A stretch of DNA of 64,000 nucleotides, taken from positions 35,030,001 to 35,094,000 of the forward strand of contig OZ024758.1 in the NCBI GenBank assembly GCA_964016885.1, given 5' to 3'. Each line of letters opens with the position of its first letter. Positions within the stretch are counted from its first letter, which is position 1. Below are positions 63,701 to 64,000 of this stretch, in pieces. This stretch comes from Eledone cirrhosa. Its lineage: Eukaryota. The notes under the pieces were generated by a model, which saw only the letters and a list, made by a program, of their open reading frames with translations, made no database searches and was not told the DNA's origin. Position numbers and translations under genes: made by a program.

Positions 63701-64000
63701 CATTTAAGTCATGGTATTAGTTGTCAGAAGTAACTCCAATGTTGGTGAGAATTCATTTAAGTTCATGGTACTAGCTGTCAGAAGTAACTCCACTGTTGGT
63801 GAGAATTCATTTAAGTTCATGGTATTAGCTGTCAGAAGTAACTCCACTGTTTGTGAGAATTCATTTAAGTCATGGTATTAGCTGTCAGAAGTAACTCCAT
63901 TGTTGGTGAGAATTCATTTAAGTCATGGTACTAGCTGTCAGAAGTAACTCCACTGTTGGTGAGAATTCATTTAAGTTCATGGTATTAGTTTGTCAGAAGT
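54770..64000. repeat. Irregular higher-order repeats built on a cassette marked by GAATACATT
   Basis: GAATACATT lies at 55142, 55842, 56756, 58209, 60635, 62624 and 63646. Offsets are 1453 (ORFs 56390/57843, 57196/58649) and 6782 (ORFs 55476/62258, 56121/62903; GAGCATTC 56268/63050). Confidence 0.82.

Larger units (their letters stand above)
1..64000. repeat. Tandem satellite DNA array, 54-bp monomer (~1,190 copies, head-to-tail, single orientation, running off both window ends)
   Basis: Bases 1-54 read AGAAGTAACTCCACTGTTGGTGAGAATTCATTTAAGTTCATGGTACTAGCTGTC and recur continuously to 64000, typically with 0-3 differences per copy. Length variants are AAGTCATG (-1), AGGAATCC (-1), CATTAAGTCAT (-2) and AGTTTGTC (+1). 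No non-satellite sequence was seen. Confidence 0.99.
34561..64000. repeat. Satellite variant domain B (right)
   Basis: Diagnostic variants are TAGTTGTC, TAGTTTGTC (+1, first at ~35415), GGAACGCC, TTAATTGTC and GTTGATGAG, with abundant CTCCAAT. Domain-A markers are absent apart from islands at ~54470-54640 and ~61950-62020. Confidence 0.85.

Noticed and set aside
407-63720. All ORFs in the six-frame track as protein-coding genes
   Set aside because: They are translations of the 54-bp (18-codon) monomer on both strands. They end at recurrent 1-bp indels or point stops and have no unique N- or C-terminal domain or gene context.
1-64000. CRISPR array or repeat-spacer system
   Set aside because: There are no unique spacers, since the entire monomer is conserved apart from scattered SNVs. 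There is no leader and no cas gene.
1-64000. Assignment to a named satellite family or taxon from the 54-bp unit length or the EcoRI site
   Set aside because: Unit length and a restriction site are not diagnostic, and I cannot verify sequence identity without a database search.
1-64000. Hidden insertions, inversions, telomeric repeats or a message encoded in the variant order
   Set aside because: Reading through the window, every segment fits the monomer in the same orientation. Variant order is adequately explained by nested duplications and point mutations.

Overview
The whole 64-kb window is one uninterrupted, single-orientation tandem satellite array of about 1,190 copies (64,000/~53.8) of a 54-bp monomer, consensus AGAAGTAACTCCACTGTTGGTGAGAATTCATTTAAGTTCATGGTA(C/T)TAGCTGTC. 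The monomer is ~38% GC, has no CpG and carries one EcoRI site; 52-, 53- and 55-bp indel variants occur. I found no unique sequence, inversion, mobile element, RNA gene, CRISPR array or credible gene. All ORFs are by-products of an 18-codon monomer that has a stop-free frame on each strand. The real information lies in the order of variant monomers. It defines a left variant domain (~1-34.5 kb) and a right domain (~34.5-64 kb), variable-length higher-order repeats, and nested block duplications with offsets of 2205, 2043, 4195, 1132, 6950, 3772, 2423/2583, 701, 1883, 5700/5701, 1453, 6677 and 6782 bp. Private variants increase toward the right, most clearly at 51.3-54.8 kb. This looks like eukaryotic heterochromatic or (peri)centromeric satellite DNA from a long-read assembly. 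I cannot name the family or organism, and I see no evidence for a new protein-coding system.
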